Source: Candidatus Heimdallarchaeota archaeon (GTDB lineage Archaea > Asgardarchaeota > Heimdallarchaeia > Heimdallarchaeales > Heimdallarchaeaceae). From it: DNA of 18,498 nucleotides. A model generated the notes under the pieces. It was not told the DNA's origin. It saw only the letters and a program-made list of their open reading frames with translations, and searched no databases. The position numbers were made by a program, and so were the translations under genes. Below are positions 1 to 8,392 of the stretch, piece after piece. Positions within the stretch are counted from its first letter, which is position 1, and every line of letters starts with the position of its first letter. Where the stretch lies: contig DXJF01000146.1 in the NCBI GenBank assembly GCA_019057375.1, forward strand, positions 1-18,498, written 5' to 3'.

Positions 1-2
1 GT

Positions 3-284
3 ATAGGAAGAAGACTTTTATCTGTATTCTCTTCAGGGGGTCTGGAAACCTCAATACACATTAATACAAGAATATGGGCTCAAGAAGAGTTAGAAGGATG
101 TATTGAACATGAATGGCAAAATGTGTATGACGGAGGTTTGATTTCTGAAGAAGAATTCAATGCTAAAGTAGAGGAAGAGAAGAAAATAATTACAGAGAAA
201 CTCAGAGTCATTGCTCTACCGATTTTCAGTGCAATAGGAAAGAAAGTGATTCTTCCAGATGAAGTAATTGATCCCTACGATTAA
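3..284 (+). CDS. 3' fragment (5'-truncated by window edge) of a probable class I SAM-dependent methyltransferase
   Basis: Open frame from position 3 to TAA at 282-284, absent from the ORF track. It translates IGRRLLSVFSSGGLET...LPIFSAIGKKVILPDEVIDPYD*. The 'IGRRL..F..GGL' and 'P.F.A.GKK' segments resemble C-termini of many small class I methyltransferases. The SAM-binding motif would lie upstream of the window. Confidence 0.6.
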   Translation: MGRRLLSVFSSGGLETSIHINTRIWAQEELEGCIEHEWQNVYDGGLISEEEFNAKVEEEKKIITEKLRVIALPIFSAIGKKVILPDEVIDPYD

Positions 285-285
285 G

Positions 286-1065
286 TTAATCTTTTTGTAA
301 AATGATTAATAGATCATTACTCTCTTTTTCCTTAAAATCATTCTTTTTATAATCTCCAAAAATGTTCAAGTTTATTTTATTAGAAGTAAATTCTATGAAA
401 TCAGTTTCTGATATAATAAAGAATTCAGTTCTTTTCTTATGTAAATCAAATTCTTCCGATTCATAATCATTTTGATGGATTTTTTGAACATACATTGTTA
501 TTTTATCGTATTTATTTTTCCACTCCATCATTCTTACATGAAAGAGTAGAGCTCCGTTGGAATCTCGTTTTAAACTTGGATTATAGAACCAATGCTCCTC
601 ATCTTTATGAGATAAATAATTAACTACCTGAACAAGTATAACTCCCTTATCCCTAAGAAGATTGATCATCTGATTTATGATGTTTCTACGCTCAGTTGTA
701 TTAAAAATGGATAGAGTGTTACCAATACAAAAAATGAAGTCGAATTTCTCATCAGGAATTTTACTCTCTAATTCGAGAATATCACCAAGTATGAAGTCTA
801 CTTTGTCATTACAATTGTTTCTTTGAGCTAATATTCTCGCTTGTTCTATATTCTGCTCTGAGATGTCAATTCCTGTTCCTGTAAAACCCCATTTAGCAAA
901 CATAACTAAATGGTCACCAGTCCCACAGGATACATCTAGAATTCTAATATTTTCTTTCTGTATATTTTGGAGAATTTCTTGAAAGAAGGGAGCTTCACGT
1001 TTTAGTCTTGGACCCCACATCACTAGGTCCTTGTACAGAATTTCATCTTTCCAATCTATTTCCAT
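286..1065 (-). CDS. Class I SAM-dependent methyltransferase (resembles glycine/sarcosine N-methyltransferase-like proteins; substrate unknown)
   Basis: Motif I ILDVSCGTG, acidic motif II GIDIS, then GDILEL and FDFIFCIGNTLS. Start placed at ATG 1065 (MEIDWKD). The ORF-track extension to 1113 is possible but looks non-homologous. Confidence 0.85.
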   Translation of the reverse strand: MEIDWKDEILYKDLVMWGPRLKREAPFFQEILQNIQKENIRILDVSCGTGDHLVMFAKWGFTGTGIDISEQNIEQARILAQRNNCNDKVDFILGDILELESKIPDEKFDFIFCIGNTLSIFNTTERRNIINQMINLLRDKGVILVQVVNYLSHKDEEHWFYNPSLKRDSNGALLFHVRMMEWKNKYDKITMYVQKIHQNDYESEEFDLHKKRTEFFIISETDFIEFTSNKINLNIFGDYKKNDFKEKESNDLLIILQKD

Positions 1066-1135
1066 TTTTAACAAAAATCTTATCTCAAAGTTATTCTTAA
1101 TCTTATTCATCAAACAAAACTAATTTTTGGACAAC

Positions 1136-2530
1136 CTAAACAAATTCTAGCATTTTTACAGATATTTCTTCTTTAGTCATTTGATCTGCTTCTTCAACAA
1201 ACCTATCAATTTCCTTCAAGAAATCTTCAGATATTTCATCATTATCGATATTGCAGATATAAATTCGGTTATGTTGAGATAATTCAGGTTCTTCAAAATC
1301 ATGAAAGAGTTCCTCTGTAAGTTTTTCACCAGGACGAATTCCAATGTTTTCAATTTTGATATCATCTTTGTCGTAATCATAAATTTGGAATAATTTATGA
1401 ATGATGTCTAGCATTTTGTAGGACTCACCCATATCTAAAACAAATAACTCTCCACCTTTGCCAAGTATGGAAGCTTGAACTACTAGCTGAGCTGCTTCAG
1501 TGATAGTCATAAAGAATCTTTCCATCCTTTTATCTGTTAAGAGTACAGGACCACCATTTTCAATTTGCTTTTTGAATATCGGGATTGCACTGCCGCTGCT
1601 TTCTAAAACATTTCCAAATCTTACTATCATAAATTTTGTATCTTTAGAATTTTGAGCAAGAATATATTTCTCAATGATTCTTTTTGAAATCCCCATAACA
1701 TTAATGGGATTTACAGCTTTATCTGTTGATACAAACACAAGCCTCTCTATTCTTTCTTCTAAAGCTATCTTGATTAGGTTGATTGAGCCTTGAATGTTAT
1801 TTTTGACACATTCATGAGGGAATTGCTCCATCATTCCAACATGTTTGAAAGCTGCACAATGGTAGATGATGTCTGGCTTATATTTATTGATAATTTTGCT
1901 TAATCTTTTCTCATCTCTAATATTGGTAAGAGCTGGGATAAAAGTAATCTTGTCATGATTCTGATCCATCTGATTTGCCAATTCAAAAAGAGGAGTTTCA
2001 GCTACATCTAAACCAATAATTTGCTTTGGAAAGCATCCAGCTAATTGAATGCAAATCTCTGAACCAATTGATCCAGCTGCACCTGTTATTAATATGGTAT
2101 AATTCTCAATTTCTTTCATTGATGCTTCTGTAAGAACATTTTCAATAGGGGCTCGAATCAGATCATTAACACTTATTTTTCTTGGTGCAGAAATGGTATC
2201 TATCTTCAAATTCTGGAATATTGGAGGAACTATCATAAAACTAGATGATGTTTGATGAATTATGTCAACAATTCTAGTAATTGTTTTTCCTGTAGCTGAT
2301 GGAATAGCTATAATTGATAATCCAATATCAAATTTTTCAACAATTTCAGGAATTTGCTCTGTATTCCCTAGAATAAATAAATTTTCAACCTTTTTGCTTA
2401 GTTTTTCAGGATCATCATCAATAAACCCCACAACTTGATAATTCTTATATTTTGGTTGATTTAATTCTGCTAGAAGTAATAATCCAGCTTTTCCAGCACC
2501 AACTATTAGAACATTCGAGGATTGACTCAT
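1136..2530 (-). CDS. CapD/PglF/WbpM-type nucleoside-diphosphate-sugar (probably UDP-GlcNAc) 4,6-dehydratase, soluble form without the N-terminal membrane domain
   Basis: N-terminal Rossmann-like linker domain (LIVGAGKAG, VGFIDDDP) followed by the catalytic domain: ITGAAGSIGSE, HCAAFKHV, STDKAVNP, VMGISKR, VRFGNVLESSGS, GGPVLLTD.RMERFFMT, IRPGEKLTEEL. Confidence 0.92.
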   Translation of the reverse strand: MSQSSNVLIVGAGKAGLLLLAELNQPKYKNYQVVGFIDDDPEKLSKKVENLFILGNTEQIPEIVEKFDIGLSIIAIPSATGKTITRIVDIIHQTSSSFMIVPPIFQNLKIDTISAPRKISVNDLIRAPIENVLTEASMKEIENYTILITGAAGSIGSEICIQLAGCFPKQIIGLDVAETPLFELANQMDQNHDKITFIPALTNIRDEKRLSKIINKYKPDIIYHCAAFKHVGMMEQFPHECVKNNIQGSINLIKIALEERIERLVFVSTDKAVNPINVMGISKRIIEKYILAQNSKDTKFMIVRFGNVLESSGSAIPIFKKQIENGGPVLLTDKRMERFFMTITEAAQLVVQASILGKGGELFVLDMGESYKMLDIIHKLFQIYDYDKDDIKIENIGIRPGEKLTEELFHDFEEPELSQHNRIYICNIDNDEISEDFLKEIDRFVEEADQMTKEEISVKMLEFV

Positions 2531-2554
2531 CGTATTTGAGATTACTTTAGTTGT

Positions 2555-2562
2555 TTTTTAAA
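2555..2562 (-). promoter_or_regulatory. Candidate archaeal TATA box for the dehydratase gene
   Basis: TTTAAAAA on the minus strand at -32..-25 from ATG 2530, the spacing expected for a leaderless transcript. The AT-rich background weakens the call. Confidence 0.4.
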
Positions 2563-2583
2563 GTTTTGAAACACCTTCAAAAT

Positions 2584-3471
2584 TCAGCTCAAATTCCACA
2601 TTACAGAATCTTCTATGAAAAATTTAGGTCGAAAACTACTGCATTTAGCTAATTTCGAATTATCTAACCAGACTTTGGTAGAAACTTTATCAGGAAGTGA
2701 ATAGGTTATGAGGGCCCGTTTTTCTGATATCTTCTCATAGATTTTTATCAGTTCCAAATTTGAGAGAGGTTGATTGGCGGAGATATTAAAAACATCACCA
2801 GTTATGCCAGTCATTTCTTGTAGAAGCAATAAAGCAGAACAGGTATCTCTAACATCTATGTAGTCCCTAACATCTGAAGAATTAGAAATTTCAACTTTGA
2901 TAGTTTTCTCTTTTTCTTTGAATTTCTCTGTAAGAAATCCTGATAATAATTGATTTGATACGCCCTTACCAACAAGAGAAGCTGGTCTAGAACATACTAC
3001 ATCTATACCATACTTTTCGTAGAAATTTAAAGCGATTTTCTCTTGTTTATCTTTTGTTTCACCATAAAAACTCAATGGTTTAGTTTGTTGATCTTCTTTT
3101 AGCGGTTTGGTAATAGTGCTGTCCTCTCCATACTGTGCAGCTGAACCTAAAACTAATAATCTACTCTCTAATTCCGAATCACGTAGTCCTTCAATAAAAC
3201 TTTGAAAAGAAGAAACATTGGCAGAATACAGCTCTTCTTTTGTACCTCGAAATAAGCCTACTAAATGGAATATCATATCCGGTTCAATTTCTTTTAGTTT
3301 TTCTTTCCAGTTAACGTCCGAATTGAAATTTAAAGTTTCATAGTTGTAATTGATGTTTTTACTCGATTTAAGATCAAATCCAAAAATTTCCCAGCCTGGC
3401 CTTTCTGATTGAATATGTTTAACTAAGTTGACACCAAGAAAACCTCTTGAACCTGTGATTAATATCCTCAT
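2584..3471 (-). CDS. NAD(P)-dependent extended SDR epimerase/reductase (4-keto-6-deoxy-sugar reductase-like)
   Basis: GxxGxxG (ITGSRGFLG), GSAAQYG, YxxxK (YGETK), RDYIDVRD, GDVFNIS. Confidence 0.88.
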   Translation of the reverse strand: MRILITGSRGFLGVNLVKHIQSERPGWEIFGFDLKSSKNINYNYETLNFNSDVNWKEKLKEIEPDMIFHLVGLFRGTKEELYSANVSSFQSFIEGLRDSELESRLLVLGSAAQYGEDSTITKPLKEDQQTKPLSFYGETKDKQEKIALNFYEKYGIDVVCSRPASLVGKGVSNQLLSGFLTEKFKEKEKTIKVEISNSSDVRDYIDVRDTCSALLLLQEMTGITGDVFNISANQPLSNLELIKIYEKISEKRALITYSLPDKVSTKVWLDNSKLAKCSSFRPKFFIEDSVMWNLS

Positions 3472-3516
3472 CAGTAATGCAAAGGATACATCCTTTAATA
3501 ATTTTATCTGATTGGT

Positions 3517-4416
3517 TTATTTATTAAAAAGACTCAAACAAATTTGCTCTAATTTCTCCAGAAATTTATCATAACGAAATTGTTCGTTAAATAACTCAAT
3601 TCCCTTCTTATTTGCAGTTTTGGAAATTTGTAGCTTCTTTAATTCACTGACAACTTCTTTATTTGATTTACATAATATTACTCCTGGTAAGGGATAATTG
3701 TGAATTACATACCTCCCCTTAGAATAAGCTTCTACAATAATTTTAGGAAAACCATCATGCTCAGTCATCCGAACAATAACGCTAATCTTTGACCAAATCT
3801 CACTAATATTGATATATCCTAGAAAATGAAGGTTACTTTGATTGTATTTTTCCTTATAGTTTGTAGAATCAAAGTGACCAACAAAATAAAAATCCACATC
3901 TTGAACTTCTTTTGAAATTTCGATCACTCTATCAACACCATAGAGTTTTTCTCTTCCTTCTATGAAATAAACTAAAACACCCAGTTTTTCTGGCATAGAA
4001 ATTTCTTCTGTTTCTATATCTGAACCATGAAAGAGAACAGTACTTTCTATTCCTATTTTATCGAGTTCCTCCTTTATTCTAGTCGATACTGAGATATGTG
4101 AATCAACAAATTTTGTGAATATTTTTGTTTGTAGTTTTCTTTTCCAATTTTGAACAGAAAGAACTGAATCAGATCCAACCCAATGACATATAGTTTTCTT
4201 TCTACAAAGTTTTCCAATTACAAACCAAGGCCAAGCAGATTGAAAATATGTTCCTATAATAATGTCTGAATCCTTTATTTGTTTTTTCTTGGGAAAATGA
4301 GTTGTTGGTAATAAATTAGTGCTATACCCTCTCTTTTCTAGAGCTTGATTGAGGGATTCTGAATGTGCACCAACTAAGCTAAGTTTCAGATCTTTAAGGG
4401 TTTTCTGAATAGGCAT
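3517..4416 (-). CDS. GT-B fold glycosyltransferase (GT4-like)
   Basis: HWVGSD and HGSD segments; C-terminal DGFPKIIVEA matches the GT4 E/D-x7-E signature; FYFVG and FLGY strands. Start placed at ATG 4416 (MPIQKTL), which removes the overlap with the divergent gene. Confidence 0.8.
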   Translation of the reverse strand: MPIQKTLKDLKLSLVGAHSESLNQALEKRGYSTNLLPTTHFPKKKQIKDSDIIIGTYFQSAWPWFVIGKLCRKKTICHWVGSDSVLSVQNWKRKLQTKIFTKFVDSHISVSTRIKEELDKIGIESTVLFHGSDIETEEISMPEKLGVLVYFIEGREKLYGVDRVIEISKEVQDVDFYFVGHFDSTNYKEKYNQSNLHFLGYINISEIWSKISVIVRMTEHDGFPKIIVEAYSKGRYVIHNYPLPGVILCKSNKEVVSELKKLQISKTANKKGIELFNEQFRYDKFLEKLEQICLSLFNK

Positions 4417-4537
4417 TTGATTCAACCTTATCTGCAGCTTCGAGATATATGTTAATGATTTGTTAGCTTTATTAATTATTGGTTCAGCTGATAGCAAAGA
4501 TTATATTTTTCTTAATGAATTGAATGTGGTAATAACA

Positions 4538-4912
4538 GTGAATGAGTTTGAGAATTTTAGGAAACATAGAGAAGAGATGAATGAGAAAATATTTGCTTTA
4601 CAGAATAAACAGATTAATAGATTTTACGCTTTGGATACGGGAGCATATTTAGAAGGTGCTCTGTCTACCAAGTTTAAGGAATTATTAGGCCTTTCAACTT
4701 CATTAGTATTAAGATGTGAGGATTGTATACGCTATCATATGATTAGAGCTGTTCAAGAAGGATGTAGCGATGATGAAATAGCAGAAACATTAGCAGTATC
4801 TCTTATTGTTGGAGGATCTATAGTCATTCCTGAAATGAGAAGAGCCGTAAATGTTTTGTCTCAATTAAGAGAAAAACAAGCAAGTGATAAATCTATAGAA
4901 GATTTACTCTAG
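4538..4912 (+). CDS. AhpD-like / carboxymuconolactone decarboxylase family protein with intact CxxC
   Basis: KFKELLGL...LVLRCEDCIRYH gives the E...CxxC-x3-H arrangement of AhpD cores; also EIAETLAVSLIVGG. Start placed at in-frame GTG 4538; the ORF track starts at 4460. Confidence 0.85.
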   Translation: MNEFENFRKHREEMNEKIFALQNKQINRFYALDTGAYLEGALSTKFKELLGLSTSLVLRCEDCIRYHMIRAVQEGCSDDEIAETLAVSLIVGGSIVIPEMRRAVNVLSQLREKQASDKSIEDLL

Positions 4913-4920
4913 CATAATTT

Positions 4921-5445
4921 TCACAAGGAGTAACTCTTCAGTTTGGTCATTTCAGCATTCATCAATGTTTTAGCTTCTGATAAACCTTTATTCATCTTTA
5001 GAGCATTTTTGTAACAATTTATTGCTTCTTCACCCGTATGAAGTTTACCCAGATTTAACCAATCCTCACAGGATTGAGGTTGTTTATCATCTAGAACATA
5101 CTTCATACACTCACATGGTTCACCAAACTCAACAAAAATCATCTCTTGATCAATGAATTGAGTAGAACCAGGAGGTAAAATTGAAGTGAAAAATTCTTTT
5201 TTATAATGAGGATTTTGATGTTTTCTAGATACTAACCATATCCATCTAGGTGGATCCATATATGTAAGTAAGACATGCGTTTTATGTTCTATTTTCGTTT
5301 TGCATTTTGGACAATATGAAAAATTTACCTTACCTTCGATAACATCTTTGATGCTTTTAGGATTTTCAGATAAATTAATTGCTTCCCCTACTCTCTTCTT
5401 TATTTTGGTCCCACAACCGTGGCACTCAATCTCTTTTAACGGCAA
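4921..5445 (-). CDS. CpXC-domain (zinc-binding) protein with a C-terminal TPR-like motif
   Basis: CHGC...INLSENP..IKDVIEGK...CPKC matches the CpXC pattern. The C-terminal WLNLGKLH..EEAINCYKNALKMN..LSEA is TPR-like. TTG start. Confidence 0.75.
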   Translation of the reverse strand: MPLKEIECHGCGTKIKKRVGEAINLSENPKSIKDVIEGKVNFSYCPKCKTKIEHKTHVLLTYMDPPRWIWLVSRKHQNPHYKKEFFTSILPPGSTQFIDQEMIFVEFGEPCECMKYVLDDKQPQSCEDWLNLGKLHTGEEAINCYKNALKMNKGLSEAKTLMNAEMTKLKSYSL

Positions 5446-5496
5446 TTTGAACCCCTTAAACTATTTTATTATCAATAACCACATAAGTTAACATCA

Positions 5497-5504
5497 TTTA
5501 TATA
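5497..5504 (+). promoter_or_regulatory. Candidate archaeal TATA box for the VKOR gene
   Basis: TTTATATA at -31..-24 from ATG 5528. Confidence 0.55.
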
Positions 5505-5527
5505 ATTTGTCATTCACAGTAAGGAGA

Positions 5528-6019
5528 ATGGAAGAAAACAAACTTGTTAAAACACTTTTGCAAACCTCTGTGTTGGTTTCTTTACTCGCTTTTCTTGTTG
5601 CACTCTATCTTTTGTATATGGAACTTTCTGGAAATTTTCAGTGTTTAATTAATCAAGGTATTTTCCAGTGTGAAACAGTAAATTCCAGTCCTTATGCAAA
5701 ATTCTTGGGTGTTCATGTAAGTCTTTGGGGAGTGATTTTTTATCTAATTTTTATTACATTATTATTTCTAGCGTTGTTCAGCAAAAATGAATACTGGTTA
5801 AGTTTCTTCCTCCCTATTGCGAGTTTATGGGGATTAGGTTTTTCCATCTATCTAACTTCAGTAGAGATTTTTATAATTGAATTCTTCTGTGAATTTTGTC
5901 TACTTTCTGCTATTTGCTCAGTAATCTTGTTTGTCTTAGTACTAATCTCAAAAAAGAAATATTTCACTTCATTTCTTGCAAAAATAGACTTTTGGAATAT
6001 GTTTAAGAGAACTGCCTGA
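5528..6019 (+). CDS. Vitamin K epoxide reductase (VKOR) family membrane protein, no fused thioredoxin domain
   Basis: About four hydrophobic helices; loop Cys pair in FQC(x8)CETVNSSPYAKFLG; active-site CxxC in FCEFCLLS. Start ATG 5528 preferred on TATA spacing; TTG 5507 is the alternative. Confidence 0.9.
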   Translation: MEENKLVKTLLQTSVLVSLLAFLVALYLLYMELSGNFQCLINQGIFQCETVNSSPYAKFLGVHVSLWGVIFYLIFITLLFLALFSKNEYWLSFFLPIASLWGLGFSIYLTSVEIFIIEFFCEFCLLSAICSVILFVLVLISKKKYFTSFLAKIDFWNMFKRTA

Positions 6020-6062
6020 AAATTCGCGTTTAGACATATATATAAGTGGCTGAGAATTAAAC

Positions 6063-8324
6063 ATGGTAATTAGGAAGATGTCTCAGTTGAAAAAAAGATT
6101 CGTGTTTAAATTTATTGTTTTATTTTCACTTCTAAGTATTAGTATAATGTTCAACCAATCAGCTGCAATTACAAGCGAAGTTCTTCCAAAAACTGAGGAT
6201 AATTTTTCAAACCAAATTTCGTTGTTGACAACTTCTTTCCCAATCAATATTTACTCTGACACCGATTTTGTAACCATGGGGTTGCCTGGAAATGGATCAA
6301 TTGATAACCCTTATCGTATAGAAGATTATCTCATTCAAGATTCTGTAGGATATGGAATATATATTAGCGGTGTATCACAATATTTTGTTGTTCAGAATTG
6401 TGTAATTAGAAACGCTCTCCTTCATGGAATTCTTATCCAAAATGTTAAATTTGGAAACGGGAATGTAAGCAATAATATTATTGAAAATAATGGTGATATA
6501 GGTATTTTTATTTTACAATCAGTAGGAATCACTGCAGAAAATAATTTTTGTAATGGTAATGAATTTGGATTTGAAGTACGTTATTCATCTGATTGTTATA
6601 TATTCAACAATACTTGTGAATCTAATCTTCTTAGTGGAATGTATTTAAGACACGAATTACAAGGTAGTGTATTCGCAAATAATTCTCTCATTAACAACAA
6701 CTACTTTGGGATGGACTTCTTCTTAGCTAATGGTTCTTTTGTTTATAATAACACCTTTGAAAATAACGGAGTGAGAATTTATGAGGAAAATCTAGAGACA
6801 TACTTACATTATGAACTTCTTGGAAATATAGTAAATAACCAAAAAATAGGCTATTTCAAAAACTTTGAATCTCTTTATCTAACAGATACAGAGTACGGTC
6901 AAATTTTCCTAATCAACTGTTCCAATGTTTTCATTGAAAATCAAAACTTTGTTAGAACATTTTTCGGAATCTTCACTTATGAGAGTTCAAATTGTACCTT
7001 TCAAAAAAACATCTTCGATACAAACTTAGGTTATGGAATTGATGTTTTTAATTCAAACAAAATAATTATTGATTCAAACACTTTTAACAACAATTCAAAC
7101 GGTCTGAACTTCTACAATTCTCCTAATATGACAATAAGTAATAATGTATTTTATAGCGATGGTCTAATCATAGAGAATGCAGATGTAGAAATTCTAGCTA
7201 CTTATATCGTTGAAAATAATACTGTAAATGACAAACCTTTAGGATTCTTCTTTAATGATCAAAGCATAGTTTTATCTGGGGCAATACAGTATGGAGAGAT
7301 TCTAGTTATAAACTCTTCAAATATAGAAATTCATAATCAAGCTATTAGTGATACTCTTGTAGGAATAATTTTCGCGTTTTCCAATTCTTGTGGTATTTTT
7401 AGCTCGGTAATCACAGATGTTATCACAAGTATGGTTGTTTTCGAATGCAATGATGTAACAATATCAGATAATAGAATCGAAGATAATGTAAATGGTATTG
7501 TTGCACATCTTACCAGTTCATTAGAAATCAACAATAACATTATCTCTTATAATTCGGATAACGGAATGGAGATTAGTTACTGCAATAATGTTAGTATTGA
7601 TAATAATATCTGTGAATTTAATGTGTGGGGTTTGGATTTACGATATAATGAAAACGTGAATGTATCCAGTTCTATATTTCAGCAAAGTACTTTTCTTAAT
7701 CTATTTGGTTACTATACTTCTGATATTATTATATACAACACTACTTGTGCTTTCGCTGATTGGGGAATGTATTTTGCATTTGTTAATGACATCTATGTCT
7801 ATGAATCAAAGATGTTAAACAATAATATAGATGGTGTCTTCATGATCAATGTTTTAAGAGCGGAATTACATTCAAACAATATAAGCTACAATTTCTTTGG
7901 AATCAAAGCTAAGATAACAGATTATAGCACTTTTACTCATAATACTTTAAGAGAAAATTTTGAATATGGAATATCTCTAGATTCTGTTTGTGATCATAAC
8001 TTAATCCACCATAATTATTTCATAGGAAACCAACAAAATGATGTTACAGGTCTAAAGTCTCAAGGCTGGGATGACGGTACTAATAACACCTGGTATGATA
8101 TTACACTACAGGAAGGTAATTGGTGGTCGAATATAGAAAGCTACGCTTACATAATTGGAGGTTATGGTTATTCAGCGGATATATATCCTTTAAATCCAAA
8201 AGACCCTGTCACACCGACACCCACACCCACACCAACAAAAACTGATTTTCTATTCATAGCACCTATTCTATTTACATTAAGTATTATGGTAATTTTTAGA
8301 ATAAGAAAGCGATTGAAAAGATAA
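6063..8324 (+). CDS. Secreted, C-terminally membrane-anchored right-handed parallel beta-helix (NosD/CASH-like) surface protein
   Basis: Basic then hydrophobic N-terminal signal peptide; N-cap motif GLPGNGSIDNPYRIE; many I..N.I..N...GI repeats; end motif GNWWSN; Pro/Thr linker; TM helix FLFIAPILFTLSIMVIF; basic tail RIRKRLKR. TATA-like TATATATA at 6037-6044. Confidence 0.88.
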   Translation: MVIRKMSQLKKRFVFKFIVLFSLLSISIMFNQSAAITSEVLPKTEDNFSNQISLLTTSFPINIYSDTDFVTMGLPGNGSIDNPYRIEDYLIQDSVGYGIYISGVSQYFVVQNCVIRNALLHGILIQNVKFGNGNVSNNIIENNGDIGIFILQSVGITAENNFCNGNEFGFEVRYSSDCYIFNNTCESNLLSGMYLRHELQGSVFANNSLINNNYFGMDFFLANGSFVYNNTFENNGVRIYEENLETYLHYELLGNIVNNQKIGYFKNFESLYLTDTEYGQIFLINCSNVFIENQNFVRTFFGIFTYESSNCTFQKNIFDTNLGYGIDVFNSNKIIIDSNTFNNNSNGLNFYNSPNMTISNNVFYSDGLIIENADVEILATYIVENNTVNDKPLGFFFNDQSIVLSGAIQYGEILVINSSNIEIHNQAISDTLVGIIFAFSNSCGIFSSVITDVITSMVVFECNDVTISDNRIEDNVNGIVAHLTSSLEINNNIISYNSDNGMEISYCNNVSIDNNICEFNVWGLDLRYNENVNVSSSIFQQSTFLNLFGYYTSDIIIYNTTCAFADWGMYFAFVNDIYVYESKMLNNNIDGVFMINVLRAELHSNNISYNFFGIKAKITDYSTFTHNTLRENFEYGISLDSVCDHNLIHHNYFIGNQQNDVTGLKSQGWDDGTNNTWYDITLQEGNWWSNIESYAYIIGGYGYSADIYPLNPKDPVTPTPTPTPTKTDFLFIAPILFTLSIMVIFRIRKRLKR
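8211..8237 (+). repeat. (ACACCN)x4 hexamer repeat encoding a TPTPTPTPT linker
   Basis: acaccg acaccc acaccc acacca aca, in frame just before the TM anchor. Confidence 0.85.
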
Positions 8325-8330
8325 TTAAAT

Positions 8331-8353
8331 TCTCTTTTACTTTTCTTTTTTCT
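8331..8353 (+). terminator. Candidate oligo-T (archaeal-type) terminator
   Basis: Pyrimidine/T-rich run tctcttttacttttcttttttct starting 7 nt after the stop of the beta-helix gene. Confidence 0.45.
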
Positions 8354-8361
8354 CAAACACA

Positions 8362-8369
8362 TTTAAAAA
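8362..8369 (+). promoter_or_regulatory. Candidate archaeal TATA box for the mutase-like gene
   Basis: TTTAAAAA at -31..-24 from ATG 8393, the same spacing as the VKOR box. Confidence 0.5.
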
Positions 8370-8392
8370 ACATAAAATCATATTTTTATTGA

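Noticed and set aside
2564-3496. Short intergenic hairpins (TTTTGAA-N5-TTCAAAA at 2564-2582; AAAGGA-N4-TCCTTT at 3481-3496)
   Set aside because: 6-7 bp AT-rich stems are expected by chance at this composition.
4417-4537. Apparent 38-bp head-to-head overlap of the GT (to 4497) and AhpD-like (from 4460) ORFs
   Set aside because: It disappears with the more plausible starts at 4416 and 4538.
5300-5491. 63-aa + strand ORF
   Set aside because: Mostly antisense to the CpXC gene; no recognisable motif.
7337-7540. 67-aa - strand ORF
   Set aside because: Antisense shadow inside the beta-helix gene.
8168-8362. 64-aa - strand ORF with a VGVGVGV repeat
   Set aside because: The repeat is simply the reverse complement of the TP linker.
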